A stretch of DNA of 64,000 nucleotides from the NCBI GenBank assembly GCA_963850305.1, contig CAWKKR010000008.1, forward strand, positions 1,184,001-1,248,000, in the 5' to 3' direction. Positions within the stretch are counted from its first letter, which is position 1; each line of letters opens with the position of its first letter. This DNA is from an uncultured delta proteobacterium (lineage in GTDB: Bacteria; Myxococcota_A; Polyangia; Polyangiales; Polyangiaceae). Shown here one piece after another: positions 8,789 through 18,643 of the stretch. A program made the translations under genes and the position numbers. The notes below the pieces were generated by a model, which made no database searches, was not told the origin of the DNA, and saw only the letters and a program-made list of their open reading frames with translations.

Positions 8789-10284
8789 CCGCTGTCGACG
8801 GGCCTGTCGACCCGAAGGCGCTGGGACGCAAGGCGGCTGCAGGAGCCGTCACGCTCATCGCACGCTCGGTCGTCCTGCAGGGCCTCGTGTTCACCGGGAA
8901 CCTGATCCTCGCCCAGATCCTCGATCCGAAGGACTTTGGCATCTTCGCGATCTCGCAATTTGCACTGACGTTCTTCGTCTACTTCGGCGACGCGGGACTG
9001 GGCGCCGCGCTCGTGCAACAGCGCGAAAAGCCGTCGGAGACTACCCTGTCGAGCGTCCTCTGGCTCCAGCTCATCATCTCGGCGGTCGTGATCGCGGTCG
9101 TGTGGGTGCTGTCGCCGCTCTCGAAGCTCGTCTGGCCCGATTTCCCCCCCGGCTCCCAGTGGCTCCTCCGCGCGCTGTCGCTCGAGCTGCTCCTCACCGC
9201 CGCGCGCACCGTTCCCGCGCTGCTCATGGAACGAGAGCTCCTCTTTGGACGCCTCTCTGTGCTGGAGGTGACCAACCAGCTTGCCTTCTACGCCGCCGCG
9301 CTCCCCCTCGGCATACTCGGCTTCGGCGTGCGAGCGCTCGTCGCCGGCGTGCTTGCTCGCGCTACCGTGGGCGTGATCCTGGCTTACGTCCTTCGACCCT
9401 GGCGCCCCCGTCGCGGCATTCACTGGACGCTCCTTCGTCCCATCGTGCGATTCGGGGTCCCTTACCAGATGAAGAACCTGGTCGGCTTCGCGACCGCTGC
9501 GATCTTGCCGGTCTATGCGGGCCACACGCTCGGCGCGCGCGCGGTCGGGCTGATCGGCTGGTCACGCAACCTCTCCAACACACCCCTCAAGCTGGTGGAG
9601 GTGATGGGGCGCGTCGGCTTCCCGCTCTTCTCGCGCTTGCAGAGCAATCCGAAGGCTCTCGGCGAAGCCCTCGGACGCGCGGTGCACGTGTGCGCCGCGG
9701 GAACGCTCCTCTTCGTCGCCGTCGTGCTTGGTTTGGCTCCGCAGATCATACACATCGCGTACCCCAGATGGACCGAGGCCATGGTCCCGCTCTACCTATT
9801 TTCCGGGACGATGGCGCTCGGCTTTCTTACTCCTCTTGCCCAGTCCGCCTTCGATGCCATCGGTCGGCCAAGGGTCTTCCTCTACCTATCCATGGGTTGG
9901 GGATCCGCCATCTGGATACTCGTCCCGATCGCCACACCCCGCTGGGGGATCGTGGGATTCACGGTCGCGTTCATCGTCCCTGTGTTGCTGGGTAACGTCG
10001 TCGTGGCCAAGCTCCTCGGACACGTCTTTCCGACAGCTCGGATCGTTCGCCGCGTCCGCGGCGCGGCGTTCGCCGCGCTCCTCGAGGGGCTGCTCGCGCG
10101 CTTCGGATTCGCACGCTTCATCACGGGGCCGCTCACCCTCGTCCTCGGAGTGGTCGCATGTGTCGCCTGCTTCGTCGCCGTATTGTTCGTCGTCGATCGC
10201 GGAACCTTCACGGACGCCTGGAATTTGCTACGGCGCGAGGCACGACAGCGAGAGGCACTGCGCGCGTCCGCGCCCGAGACATGA
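8785..10284 (+). CDS. Wzx-type oligosaccharide flippase (polysaccharide biosynthesis family)
   Basis: LAQILDPKDFGIFA and DAGLGAALVQ, with about 12-14 hydrophobic segments. Confidence 0.88.
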   Translation: MTAVDGPVDPKALGRKAAAGAVTLIARSVVLQGLVFTGNLILAQILDPKDFGIFAISQFALTFFVYFGDAGLGAALVQQREKPSETTLSSVLWLQLIISAVVIAVVWVLSPLSKLVWPDFPPGSQWLLRALSLELLLTAARTVPALLMERELLFGRLSVLEVTNQLAFYAAALPLGILGFGVRALVAGVLARATVGVILAYVLRPWRPRRGIHWTLLRPIVRFGVPYQMKNLVGFATAAILPVYAGHTLGARAVGLIGWSRNLSNTPLKLVEVMGRVGFPLFSRLQSNPKALGEALGRAVHVCAAGTLLFVAVVLGLAPQIIHIAYPRWTEAMVPLYLFSGTMALGFLTPLAQSAFDAIGRPRVFLYLSMGWGSAIWILVPIATPRWGIVGFTVAFIVPVLLGNVVVAKLLGHVFPTARIVRRVRGAAFAALLEGLLARFGFARFITGPLTLVLGVVACVACFVAVLFVVDRGTFTDAWNLLRREARQREALRASAPET

Positions 10285-10333
10285 AGACATGCCGTTGCGC
10301 CGATCTGGGAAACATGCGAACTAGGCACGCCCG

Positions 10334-11029
10334 ATGCGAAACCTCGCAAAAGCGCTGACGAAGAAGGCCCGCGGCTCCGTTCGCCACCTGCAACGAAGCT
10401 ACGTGGTCGATGAATTCAACTACCTTTATTACCACGGCGTGAACGGCGTGCAGCCGTTCTCCACGATGTCCTGGTTCGGCGTTGAGGCACTGAAATGCCC
10501 CGCGGATATGTGGATCTATCAAGAGCTGCTGTACCGGACGACGCCCGACGTTATCGTCGAGTGCGGCGTTCGGTTCGGCGGAAGCAGTCTGTACCTCGCG
10601 CACCTCTGCGACCTGCTGGGCAAGGGCCGTGTGATCGGGTGCGATATCGCGCTGTCCGCGGTTCACGACAAAACGCGCTCGCACCCGCGTATCAAGCTGT
10701 TCGAGGGCAGCTCGACGGACCCGGCCATGGTCGAGCGGATCGTGCGCGAGTGCGCGGGCCAACGGACCATGGTGATCCTCGACTCCGACCACTCCGAACG
10801 GCACGTGACAGCCGAGCTTGAAGCCTATTCGCCGCTCGTCTCACAGGGCTGTTACCTCATCGTCGAGGACACGAACGTCAACGGGCACCCCGCGTTTCCG
10901 ACACATGGCCCGGGCCCCTACGAAGCCGTGCACAAGTTCCTCGCCAAAAATACAGGGTGGAAAGTGGACAAGGACTGCGAGCGGTTGCTCGTGACGTTCA
11001 ATCCGTCCGGCTATTTGCTCAGAATTTAA
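10334..11029 (+). CDS. CmcI (cephalosporin hydroxylase) family methyltransferase
   Basis: WFGVEALKCPADMWIYQELL, PDVIVECGVRFGGS, MVILDSDH and YLIVEDT. Confidence 0.9.
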   Translation: MRNLAKALTKKARGSVRHLQRSYVVDEFNYLYYHGVNGVQPFSTMSWFGVEALKCPADMWIYQELLYRTTPDVIVECGVRFGGSSLYLAHLCDLLGKGRVIGCDIALSAVHDKTRSHPRIKLFEGSSTDPAMVERIVRECAGQRTMVILDSDHSERHVTAELEAYSPLVSQGCYLIVEDTNVNGHPAFPTHGPGPYEAVHKFLAKNTGWKVDKDCERLLVTFNPSGYLLRI

Positions 11030-11065
11030 GGCACACGCAGCTTCAGCGCGACGTGTGCAGCGCAT

Positions 11066-11290
11066 ACGGAGGAGCGCACGTGGCGGCACCTGGACACGAT
11101 GCAGTTGCAGACGCTGCTCCACGCGCGCATTCCCCGGGTGAATTGCTCGGAGCACGGCGTGCGGCAGGTGCGGGTTCCGTGGGCGGAGCCGAAGTCGCGG
11201 TTCACTCTGCTCTTCGAGCGGTTCGCGATCGACGTGATGCTCGAGACGGACGGCTCCGGCGCTGCGAAGATCCTCGGGCTGAGCTGCGTC
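11066..11290 (+). pseudogene. ISL3-family transposase internal fragment
   Basis: EERTWRHLDTMQLQTLLHARIPRVNCSEHGVRQVRVPWAEPKSRFTLLFERFAIDV. Confidence 0.82.
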
Positions 11291-11649
11291 AGGGACGGGT
11301 AATTTCGTCATAGCGTGAGGGGAGCGCGTGCTCTCACCCCCGCCGCTTCCTCGCCATTCGCTTCGCCTCACGCTCGGTCGGCGCCCACGTTGGAGTCCAG
11401 AAAGTCTTGCTCGTCTCGGGCGACAACGGCGCCGATCCGAACAAGGTCGTCGCGATCACCGACGATGTGCGCGCAACCACGATGACGAGCGCGGTGGCAC
11501 GTGAATCGTTCAGCGTCGTCGCCGGACCGACGTACGGGACCTGTTACCGCGGCGTCGCGTACGTGAACTGATCCGAGAGCTCGCTCATCTTCGCAAAAGC
11601 TTCGGTGAGCGCCCACACGAGGACTCGGAGGGCCGATGCGGCGGCCAGA

Positions 11650-12288
11650 TCAGGGGCCTCCCTCGGATACAGGGCGCGCGCGCCACGTGGCGCCGTCCCA
11701 CCCGAGAATCGTTCCACCGCCGCCGACCGCCCATGCTTCTCTCGGCGAGAGCGCCCAGACAGCGGCGAGCCCCTCCGAGACTCCGGTGGGGAACGTCGTC
11801 CACCGCTGACCGTCGAAGTGAGCAATGAGTCCATCGAGACCCACGAGCCACACGTCGTTCGAGCCGGTGCCGTTCATGCCGAACGCCTCGAAGCTGACGT
11901 CCGTCGTGTTCCAGTGCGTGCCGTCCCAGTGCTGGAGCGGCGCACGATACGGAGCGATCCAGACGTCATCGGCGTCGGAACCCCAGAGTGCTCTCGGTGA
12001 TCCGCCGCTGTAATCGACCGCGTCGAAGTTCGATCCGTCTCCGTGCGCCACGAAGCCGACGTCGCCGTCGCCCGGGCCGCCCGTCCACACGTCGCTGGAG
12101 TCGTACGCCCACACGTCCCAGAGTGTGTGTACAGAACCGGTGAGCGCTTCGTCCCACTCGGTCCCGTTCCAGTGACGAAGCAGACCGGTGTCCACGTCCG
12201 TCGCGAGGCCCGCCATCCACACGTCGTTGGGCCCCGTCTCCCAGACGCTCAGCAACAATTCGCTCAACGTTGTCGCAGCAGTCCGCAT
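11650..12288 (-). CDS. WGSxxxDVW-repeat beta-propeller protein (myxobacterial type, short)
   Basis: Five repeats of (V/L)W...xxDVW...G....HxxGxxW. Confidence 0.7.
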   Translation of the reverse strand: MRTAATTLSELLLSVWETGPNDVWMAGLATDVDTGLLRHWNGTEWDEALTGSVHTLWDVWAYDSSDVWTGGPGDGDVGFVAHGDGSNFDAVDYSGGSPRALWGSDADDVWIAPYRAPLQHWDGTHWNTTDVSFEAFGMNGTGSNDVWLVGLDGLIAHFDGQRWTTFPTGVSEGLAAVWALSPREAWAVGGGGTILGWDGATWRARPVSEGGP

Positions 12289-12333
12289 CTGGAGGCTGAT
12301 TCGTGGAACGGACACTTGATGGTCACGCAGCCG

Positions 12334-13449
12334 TCACGCGGGAAAGACGAGGCGGCAGCGAACACCCACCCCGGACCGGTTCGAGATCTCGATCGCACCC
12401 CGCATGTCCCGGATCGCGCGCCGCACATACCAGAGCCGGATGCCGGCGCTCCACGCTCGCGCGCGACCCGTGTACTCGACGCTGAACACTCGGTCGATCT
12501 CCTCCGCGGGAATACTGGGCCCACGGTCGTCGACCTGCACGATCACACGACCTTCCTCCTGGAACGCGCGCACCTCCACGTGCGGCTCCTGCGAGGGGCC
12601 CGCCGCGCCGCTGAACGCCTCCGTCGCGTGATGGAGCGCGGTCATGATTGCGTACCGAACGAACAGGGGGTCGCCCCGCACGAAGAGACTGGGCTCGCTC
12701 TCCAGCCGTAGCGTCACCGGCTCCGCCGCGGCACTGGCCACCACGGAGCGGAGCAGGTGCACCAGATCCACCCGCGCATCTTCGTGACCGAGCGGGTAGG
12801 GCAGGCCTCGGAGGGTGCGCAGAGTGTCTGCGATCCGCCAGCACTGTCCCAGCAGGTCATCGACGCTCGCGTGTGCGAGTGGAGACAGCGTACGGTCGAG
12901 CTGGGCTGCTCGCGAGCTCTCGAGGGAAGAGATGAGGATCATGAGCGGATTGGCTACCTCGTGGCTGACGGCTCCGGAAACCAGCTCCACCGCCTTGGCG
13001 ACGAGGTCCGTCGCGCTCCCGACGAGCTGGCGTCGATCGGCAACGACACTCCGCACCGTCCGCCCGAGCGCTTCGGCATCGAACGGCTTTCGGATGATCT
13101 GGTCCGCATCGATGGCGCGCGCCTGGGGCGCGTCGTCAGCGGTGAGCACGATGACGGGGACCTCTCTCAAGGCAGGATCGCCGCGCTGGTGGATCCGAAA
13201 GCTCCAGCCGTCCATGGTGGGCATCCAGAGGTCGAGCAGAACGACGTCGATGGGCCCGTTCTTTCGCATCGTCTCGAGCGCGACGGCTCCGTTCGGCGCC
13301 TCGAGGACGCGAGAGCCGTCAGAGCCCAGGAGCTCGGCTACTGCCGCGCGCACGTCGTCATCGTCCTCCACGACGAGAATGGATAACGGCCGTGCCTCCG
13401 GGGAGGGCCCGCCCTTTGACGCTCCGACGGAATCCATGACTGCACGCAT
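12334..13449 (-). CDS. Hybrid receiver-histidine kinase with a degenerate ATP-binding domain
   Basis: Receiver ILVVEDD...LLDLWMPTMDG...RKPF, H-box SHEVANPL, and atypical N and G2 boxes. Confidence 0.82.
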   Translation of the reverse strand: MRAVMDSVGASKGGPSPEARPLSILVVEDDDDVRAAVAELLGSDGSRVLEAPNGAVALETMRKNGPIDVVLLDLWMPTMDGWSFRIHQRGDPALREVPVIVLTADDAPQARAIDADQIIRKPFDAEALGRTVRSVVADRRQLVGSATDLVAKAVELVSGAVSHEVANPLMILISSLESSRAAQLDRTLSPLAHASVDDLLGQCWRIADTLRTLRGLPYPLGHEDARVDLVHLLRSVVASAAAEPVTLRLESEPSLFVRGDPLFVRYAIMTALHHATEAFSGAAGPSQEPHVEVRAFQEEGRVIVQVDDRGPSIPAEEIDRVFSVEYTGRARAWSAGIRLWYVRRAIRDMRGAIEISNRSGVGVRCRLVFPA

Positions 13450-13491
13450 TGGGTTTTCCTCGCGGTGTTGGTACGTCCCGCCCTGGCTCGT

Positions 13492-13507
13492 AGCAAGATG
13501 TGCACCA
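13492..13507 (-). promoter_or_regulatory. Putative sigma54 (-24/-12) promoter
   Basis: Minus strand TGGTGCACATCTTGCT gives GG-N10-GC with TTGC, 43 bp upstream of the hybrid kinase ATG. Confidence 0.65.
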
Positions 13508-13631
13508 GCCCCCCCGGCATGTCCGGAAGGTGACATTGCCCGAGATCGGCTCGACAGGGTGCCTCACTGTTGCGTTTCTCCGCGGCATTGCGCTCCGCCG
13601 GCAATCCCCTCAGGATGGTCGCTGACCTCCC

Positions 13632-14975
13632 GTGCCGAATCGCATTCTCATCGTCGAGGACGACGAAGCCACGCTGGAAGCCGTGGGCGACACGCTCGTG
13701 GAGCTGGGTTGGTCCGTGGCTCGCTGCGCGGAGCCGGTCAGCGCGCGGGAGCTGGTGGAAACGGAAGACTTCGACGTGGTCATCACGGATCTTCGTTTGC
13801 CCGGAATGAACGGCCTGGAGCTCTGCGGGCGCCTCTGCCTGAGTCGCCCCGACCTTCCCGTCGTGCTCATGACGGCCTTCGGAGACACCCGGTCCGTCGC
13901 AGGAGCCATGCGCTCCGGCGCCGTCGACTTCCTCCAGAAGCCGTTCTCGCGGGAGGGGCTCCGGGTCGCCGTCGAGCGAGCGCTCGAGAAGAAGAAGGGG
14001 CTCACCAGGGTGCAGCGGCTGCCGAAGGACGACTCGGACGACGACAGCGCGCTGCCTTCGATGATCGGCTCGAGTCCTCCCATGCGCGTTCTGTCGCGCC
14101 AGGTGCGTCAGGTAGCGAAAGTCGACACCTGCGTGCTGGTCACGGGCGAGACGGGCACCGGTAAAGAGCTCGTCGCGCGAGCGCTGCACGCCTCGAGCAA
14201 CCGCTCACAGGGTCCGTTCGTCGCGATCAACTGTGCGGCCCTGCCCGCCGACATCATCGAGAGCGAGCTCTTCGGACATGCGCACGGCGCCTTCACGGGC
14301 GCGGTGAAGAGTCGCATCGGGCTCTTTCGCGCCGCCGCCGGGGGCACCCTGTTTCTCGACGAGATCGGCGCCATGCCGCTGTCACTTCAGTCCCGGTTGC
14401 TCCGCACCATGGACTCCGGGGCCGTGCGTGGGATCGGCAAGGTCGAGGAGGAGGAGGTCGACGTCCGCTTCGTCGCCGCCACGAACGCCGAGCTCGCGGA
14501 CGCCGCTGCGGAAGGAGCGTTCCGGGGAGATCTCCTGCTGCGGCTAGCCGCGTTCCCGCTGCACGTCCCGCCGCTCCGGGCACGGGGCGACGACGTGATC
14601 GAGCTCGCCGTGCACTTCCTCGCGCGGTTCGCCCAGACAGGGATCAGGCCCGAGCTTGCACCCCCGGCGGCGCGAGCACTCCGCCGCTACGGGTGGCCTG
14701 GCAACGTGCGAGAGCTGGAGAACTGCATTCATGCGGCCGTCGTCGCCGCTGACTCGGGCGTGATCGCCGCGGACCACTTGCCCGCGCGCGTTCGCGACAA
14801 CGTCCATCTGAAGCTCGACGCCGCTCCGGAGCCGCTCGGGCTCCACGAGGTGAAGCGGCTGCACATCGGGCGCATCCTTTCGGAAACCGGCGGCAATCGC
14901 TCGGCTGCGGCCCGCAAGCTCGGGATGAATCGGGTCACCCTCTACCGGAAATTGAAGCGATATCGGCTCGAATGA
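13632..14975 (+). CDS. Sigma54-dependent response regulator (NtrC/AtoC family)
   Basis: Receiver domain, GETGTGKE, ESELFGH, GAFTGA, LFLDEIG, WPGNVRELEN and a Fis HTH. Confidence 0.95.
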   Translation: MPNRILIVEDDEATLEAVGDTLVELGWSVARCAEPVSARELVETEDFDVVITDLRLPGMNGLELCGRLCLSRPDLPVVLMTAFGDTRSVAGAMRSGAVDFLQKPFSREGLRVAVERALEKKKGLTRVQRLPKDDSDDDSALPSMIGSSPPMRVLSRQVRQVAKVDTCVLVTGETGTGKELVARALHASSNRSQGPFVAINCAALPADIIESELFGHAHGAFTGAVKSRIGLFRAAAGGTLFLDEIGAMPLSLQSRLLRTMDSGAVRGIGKVEEEEVDVRFVAATNAELADAAAEGAFRGDLLLRLAAFPLHVPPLRARGDDVIELAVHFLARFAQTGIRPELAPPAARALRRYGWPGNVRELENCIHAAVVAADSGVIAADHLPARVRDNVHLKLDAAPEPLGLHEVKRLHIGRILSETGGNRSAAARKLGMNRVTLYRKLKRYRLE

Positions 14976-16339
14976 CCGGGCGCCAGTGCGTTCACCTTCT
15001 CACGAACTCCGGAGGCGGGCCGGGCGGGCACATGGATCTGGAAGCGTTCGATCTTTCGCAGGAGCGTCTTGCGATCGATGCCGAGCAACTCCGCGGCGAG
15101 CGTCCGGTTACCGCCAGCTCGATGCAGGACATCCTGGATGTGAACGCGCTCGGTTGCCTCCCAGCGTGCGCTCGATTCCCCGGGGACGGCCGCCGGCGCT
15201 TCCGACGGACGAACGGCGCGCGGAAGATCCTGTGCGCCCAGGTGATCGAACCGCGCGACGCCGACGGCGTACCCGATCGCGTTGCGAAGCTCACGCACGT
15301 TGCCGGGCCACCGGTACCGCAGCAACGCCTCCTCGAACGCGGGCGTCACGCCGACGATCTGCTTACCTGAGCGTTTTGCCGCCGACTCGCAGAACGTCTC
15401 CGCGAGGATCAGTGCGTCGAACTCCCGAGCACGAAGCGGCGGGAGCACGATCTCCAGCACCGCGAGCCGGTAATACAGATCCGAGCGAAGCAGCCCGGTC
15501 CGCACCAGCTCTTCCGGGGGCACGAGGCTGGAAACGACGAGTCGAAAATCCGTCGCGAGCTCCTCTTCAGAACCGACGGCGCGCACGGAGCGCTGCTGAA
15601 GGGACCGGAGAAGCTTCGCCTGGAGCTCCGGTGTCAGCGCCCCGAGGTCGTCGAGGAACAGCGTCCCGCCGTGCGCAGCCCGCATCAGGCCCGGGTGCGA
15701 CGACTGAGCCCCACTGAAGGCGCCTTTGACGTACCCAAAGAGCTCGCTCTCCGCGAGCGCATTGGGGATGGACGCGCATTCGACTGCCACGAACGGGCCG
15801 CGAGAGCGGGGCCCCTGGGAGTGCAGCAGCCGAGCGACGAGCTCCTTCCCCGTGCCGCTCTCGCCGACGAGGACCACGGTCACATCCGAAACCGCCGCAC
15901 GCGTCACATCCTCGCGGAGCCGAACGATTGCCAGGCTCTCCCCTTGCAGGCCGCCCCACGATGGCTGAATCTGCCCGCGGGGCCGGCTCCGGATCATCGC
16001 CTCCGATCGCGCGCGGTGGAGCGCGGCGCCGAGATCCATCGTCATCGCCGCGCGATCGACGTAGTCCCACGCGCCCGCTCTCAGCGCCCGCACCGCCGAC
16101 CGCATCTGGGAATCTCCCACGATGATGATCGGAAGCCCTGGGTAGTCGCGCGCCAGATCACGGCACAGGACGTCCACGTCGCAGTCGAGCGCGTCGGGAT
16201 CCGCGACGATCGCGTCCGCGTCGGCACCGCGTCCCGGCGAGGCGAACGAGACGAAGCGCATACCGAGAGCGCGCAGCGCCTGGCGCAGGGTCTCCTCGCT
16301 GGGGCTGCGAGAGACGACGAGGGCAGCGGCGGATCGCAT
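14942..16339 (-). CDS. Atypical sigma54-dependent regulator (degenerate receiver and AAA+ motifs)
   Basis: GESGTGKE, GAFSGA, LFLDDLG, WPGNVRELRN and a Fis HTH. Start approximate. Confidence 0.88.
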   Translation of the reverse strand: MRSAAALVVSRSPSEETLRQALRALGMRFVSFASPGRGADADAIVADPDALDCDVDVLCRDLARDYPGLPIIIVGDSQMRSAVRALRAGAWDYVDRAAMTMDLGAALHRARSEAMIRSRPRGQIQPSWGGLQGESLAIVRLREDVTRAAVSDVTVVLVGESGTGKELVARLLHSQGPRSRGPFVAVECASIPNALAESELFGYVKGAFSGAQSSHPGLMRAAHGGTLFLDDLGALTPELQAKLLRSLQQRSVRAVGSEEELATDFRLVVSSLVPPEELVRTGLLRSDLYYRLAVLEIVLPPLRAREFDALILAETFCESAAKRSGKQIVGVTPAFEEALLRYRWPGNVRELRNAIGYAVGVARFDHLGAQDLPRAVRPSEAPAAVPGESSARWEATERVHIQDVLHRAGGNRTLAAELLGIDRKTLLRKIERFQIHVPARPASGVREKVNALAPGHSSRYRFNFR

Positions 16340-16614
16340 CGTCCTGGCTGGGCAATCTACCACCCCATGCGTCGGGGGATAGGCTCCCCTTCGGCGCGAT
16401 GTGGCAGGCGCTCTCACATTCGCTCGCGGCGAGCCCACGCAGTCGAGCCTTGGGGAGCGCCACGCGCGGGGACCGAGGTCGTTCTCACGCGCGACGATGA
16501 ATGCCGACTGCGTGCGCTCTGAACTTCGACCACGTAGCGCTCGCTCGACGCGACCGGCTCGGCGCCGTCGTCGCGAACCTCCCGTCCGCACGTTGGAGCG
16601 AAGCGGAGCGGGCT

Positions 16615-17595
16615 CTACTCATCGCGTACGGTTTCGCGCAGCCATCGCAATAAGCGTGAGCGGCCCAGTTGAGAGCGCGACGAGCGTCCCAGCGCCGCCA
16701 CCGTCGCCCGGCCGAGGCTCACGCCGTTGCAGCACCCAGCCTCTTGGGGACGCTCAAAGTGTCGGGCGCGCTCGTGCACAAGAAGCGTCCCTGTGGTCCA
16801 TGTCGCCGCGAAGATGAGCAGCAACGGGAGCCACGATCCGGTGAAACTCGAGAACATCGCCAGACTGCGCTCCACGAAGCACGCGACGATGACGAGATCG
16901 AGCATGGCCACGAATACCGCGAAGGCGAACGCCGTGGGAAGAGGCGCAGACGCTCTTGACCCGCGGAAGTAGCTGACCGAGACAGCGGCGAAGATGAGCG
17001 GCGCCGCCGCGGCGTGGAGCAGCAGCGCGGTCGTCAGGGTCGTCGTCGCGAGGAGAGCAGCCATGGTCGCTCCGCACAACGCCCAGCCGGCAAGCGCATG
17101 CAACGCCGGGCGAGCGAGGTAGCGCATCGAGGTCCGCAGGCTTCCAGCGCGACTCTCGCAAAGGACCGCGGTGATCTGCGTCGCCAGGCCGAGGAGCAGG
17201 CAGACCGCGTGCAGCCAGTGAACACCCTGAAGGAGCAGCATCTCGACGACGATCCACGTCACCAAGATCCCTCCCGAGACGAACGCGGCTCGATTCGCCA
17301 GTACGTGCCTCCGGAGCGCGACGACGCCCGCGACCGTGTTGGCCACACCTACGACGCCGGCGAGCAGGAGTCCCGGGATCAAGAAGTCGCGGAAGGGCGT
17401 GCGCTTGAGAATCGAGATTGGTAGTCGAATGATTGACCCGTCCGTCCTCCAGACGAGCTCCGCACCTCCCCAAAGGGCTGTCAGCCCTGCAAACAGGCAA
17501 AGCGTTGCGAGCAGGACGCGCAACGACCCGGCGCGTGGCCGCCCTGGCTGCGCGCGCGCCGGCGACGCAAGGAGGGAATGATCTTTCGCTGCCAC
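16615..17595 (-). CDS. Multi-pass membrane protein of unknown function
   Basis: About eight hydrophobic segments and TPFRDFLIPGLLL. GTG start inferred. Confidence 0.65.
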   Translation of the reverse strand: MAAKDHSLLASPARAQPGRPRAGSLRVLLATLCLFAGLTALWGGAELVWRTDGSIIRLPISILKRTPFRDFLIPGLLLAGVVGVANTVAGVVALRRHVLANRAAFVSGGILVTWIVVEMLLLQGVHWLHAVCLLLGLATQITAVLCESRAGSLRTSMRYLARPALHALAGWALCGATMAALLATTTLTTALLLHAAAAPLIFAAVSVSYFRGSRASAPLPTAFAFAVFVAMLDLVIVACFVERSLAMFSSFTGSWLPLLLIFAATWTTGTLLVHERARHFERPQEAGCCNGVSLGRATVAALGRSSRSQLGRSRLLRWLRETVRDE

Positions 17596-17607
17596 GCGGC
17601 CCTGACT

Positions 17608-17623
17608 AGCAACTGGCGTTCCG
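17608..17623 (-). promoter_or_regulatory. Putative sigma54 promoter
   Basis: Minus strand CGGAACGCCAGTTGCT (GG-N10-GC), immediately upstream of the membrane protein gene. Confidence 0.5.
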
Positions 17624-17793
17624 TTCCTGGTTTCATGTGCCCTGGCGCCGCGCTTCGGGAGCAGCGGTGCAAGGCCTGCGCGCGCGCGCGCGAACCGCAT
17701 CCAGCCATTGCCCGCCCGAAAGACCTTCCCGCAAAATGGCCGGCCTCCCGCCGTCGGAGACGGAACGCCGCGTGCAGTAAGCCGACCTGATCC

Positions 17794-18522
17794 ATGGAAG
17801 ACGAGAGATTCGCCGGTGACGTGCCCATCCATGTCTCCGCGCCCTCGGGCAGCGACCCGGTCCCAGGAGTCATCGTTCTTCACGACGCGGGGGGAATGAG
17901 CAACGATCTGCGTCGTCAGGCGGCCTGGCTCGCCAGCGAGGGGTTCCTGGCGGCGGCGCCAGACCTCTACCACCGGGGCGGGATGTTCACGTGCATCCGG
18001 CAGATCATGCGTGACGTGGCCGCGGGAAGCGGACGCTCGTTCGACGATATCGACGCGGTTCGTTCCTGGCTAATGGGCCAACCTCGTTGCAACGGCAAGG
18101 TCGGCGTCATCGGCTTCTGCATGGGCGGTGGATTCGCGCTGGTGCTCGCCCCCGGGCACGGCTTCTCCGCTTCGAGCGTGAACTATGGAACCACCTCGAA
18201 GCGGTTCTACAGCGAGAGCTATCTGGCCGACTCGTGTCCCATCGTTGCGAGCTACGGAGCGAAGGATTGGGGGAATCGCGGCAATGCGGCGCGACTCGAG
18301 AAGGTGCTCACTGCCGTCGGCGTTCCGCACGACGTGAAGGAATATCGGGAGGCCGGCCACTCCTTCCTGAACGACCACGAGGGCGCCGGTGATCGGATCC
18401 CGATCGTCTTCAAACTCCTGAGCGCCGTCACGAGGAGCGCTTACCACGGACCTTCGGCGGAGGATGCTCGCAGACGCATCGTCGCCTTCTTCAAGACCCA
18501 TCTTGCCTCCGATGAGCACTGA
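17794..18522 (+). CDS. Dienelactone hydrolase family protein
   Basis: GVIVLHD, APDLY, GFCMGG nucleophile elbow, YGAKD and AGHSFLN. Confidence 0.92.
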   Translation: MEDERFAGDVPIHVSAPSGSDPVPGVIVLHDAGGMSNDLRRQAAWLASEGFLAAAPDLYHRGGMFTCIRQIMRDVAAGSGRSFDDIDAVRSWLMGQPRCNGKVGVIGFCMGGGFALVLAPGHGFSASSVNYGTTSKRFYSESYLADSCPIVASYGAKDWGNRGNAARLEKVLTAVGVPHDVKEYREAGHSFLNDHEGAGDRIPIVFKLLSAVTRSAYHGPSAEDARRRIVAFFKTHLASDEH

Positions 18523-18529
18523 GCCTTTC

Positions 18530-18643
18530 CACCATGTCGCCTGAGCCGCCACCGCCAGCCGTTCCGAAAGCTCGCCCACGAAGCGGTCGAGCGCCTGCCA
18601 GTCCGTGTACTCGTGGTCGCGCGAAGTATCGGTGTCGCCCTCC
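18530..18643 (-). pseudogene. C-terminal remnant of a HemG/flavodoxin-like protein
   Basis: GDTDTSRDHEYTDWQALDRF matches the HemG-type C-terminal motif. Boundaries approximate. Confidence 0.65.

Noticed and set aside
11303..11640. Short ORFs between the ISL3 fragment and the propeller gene
   Set aside because: No recognisable domain; cannot be supported by inspection.
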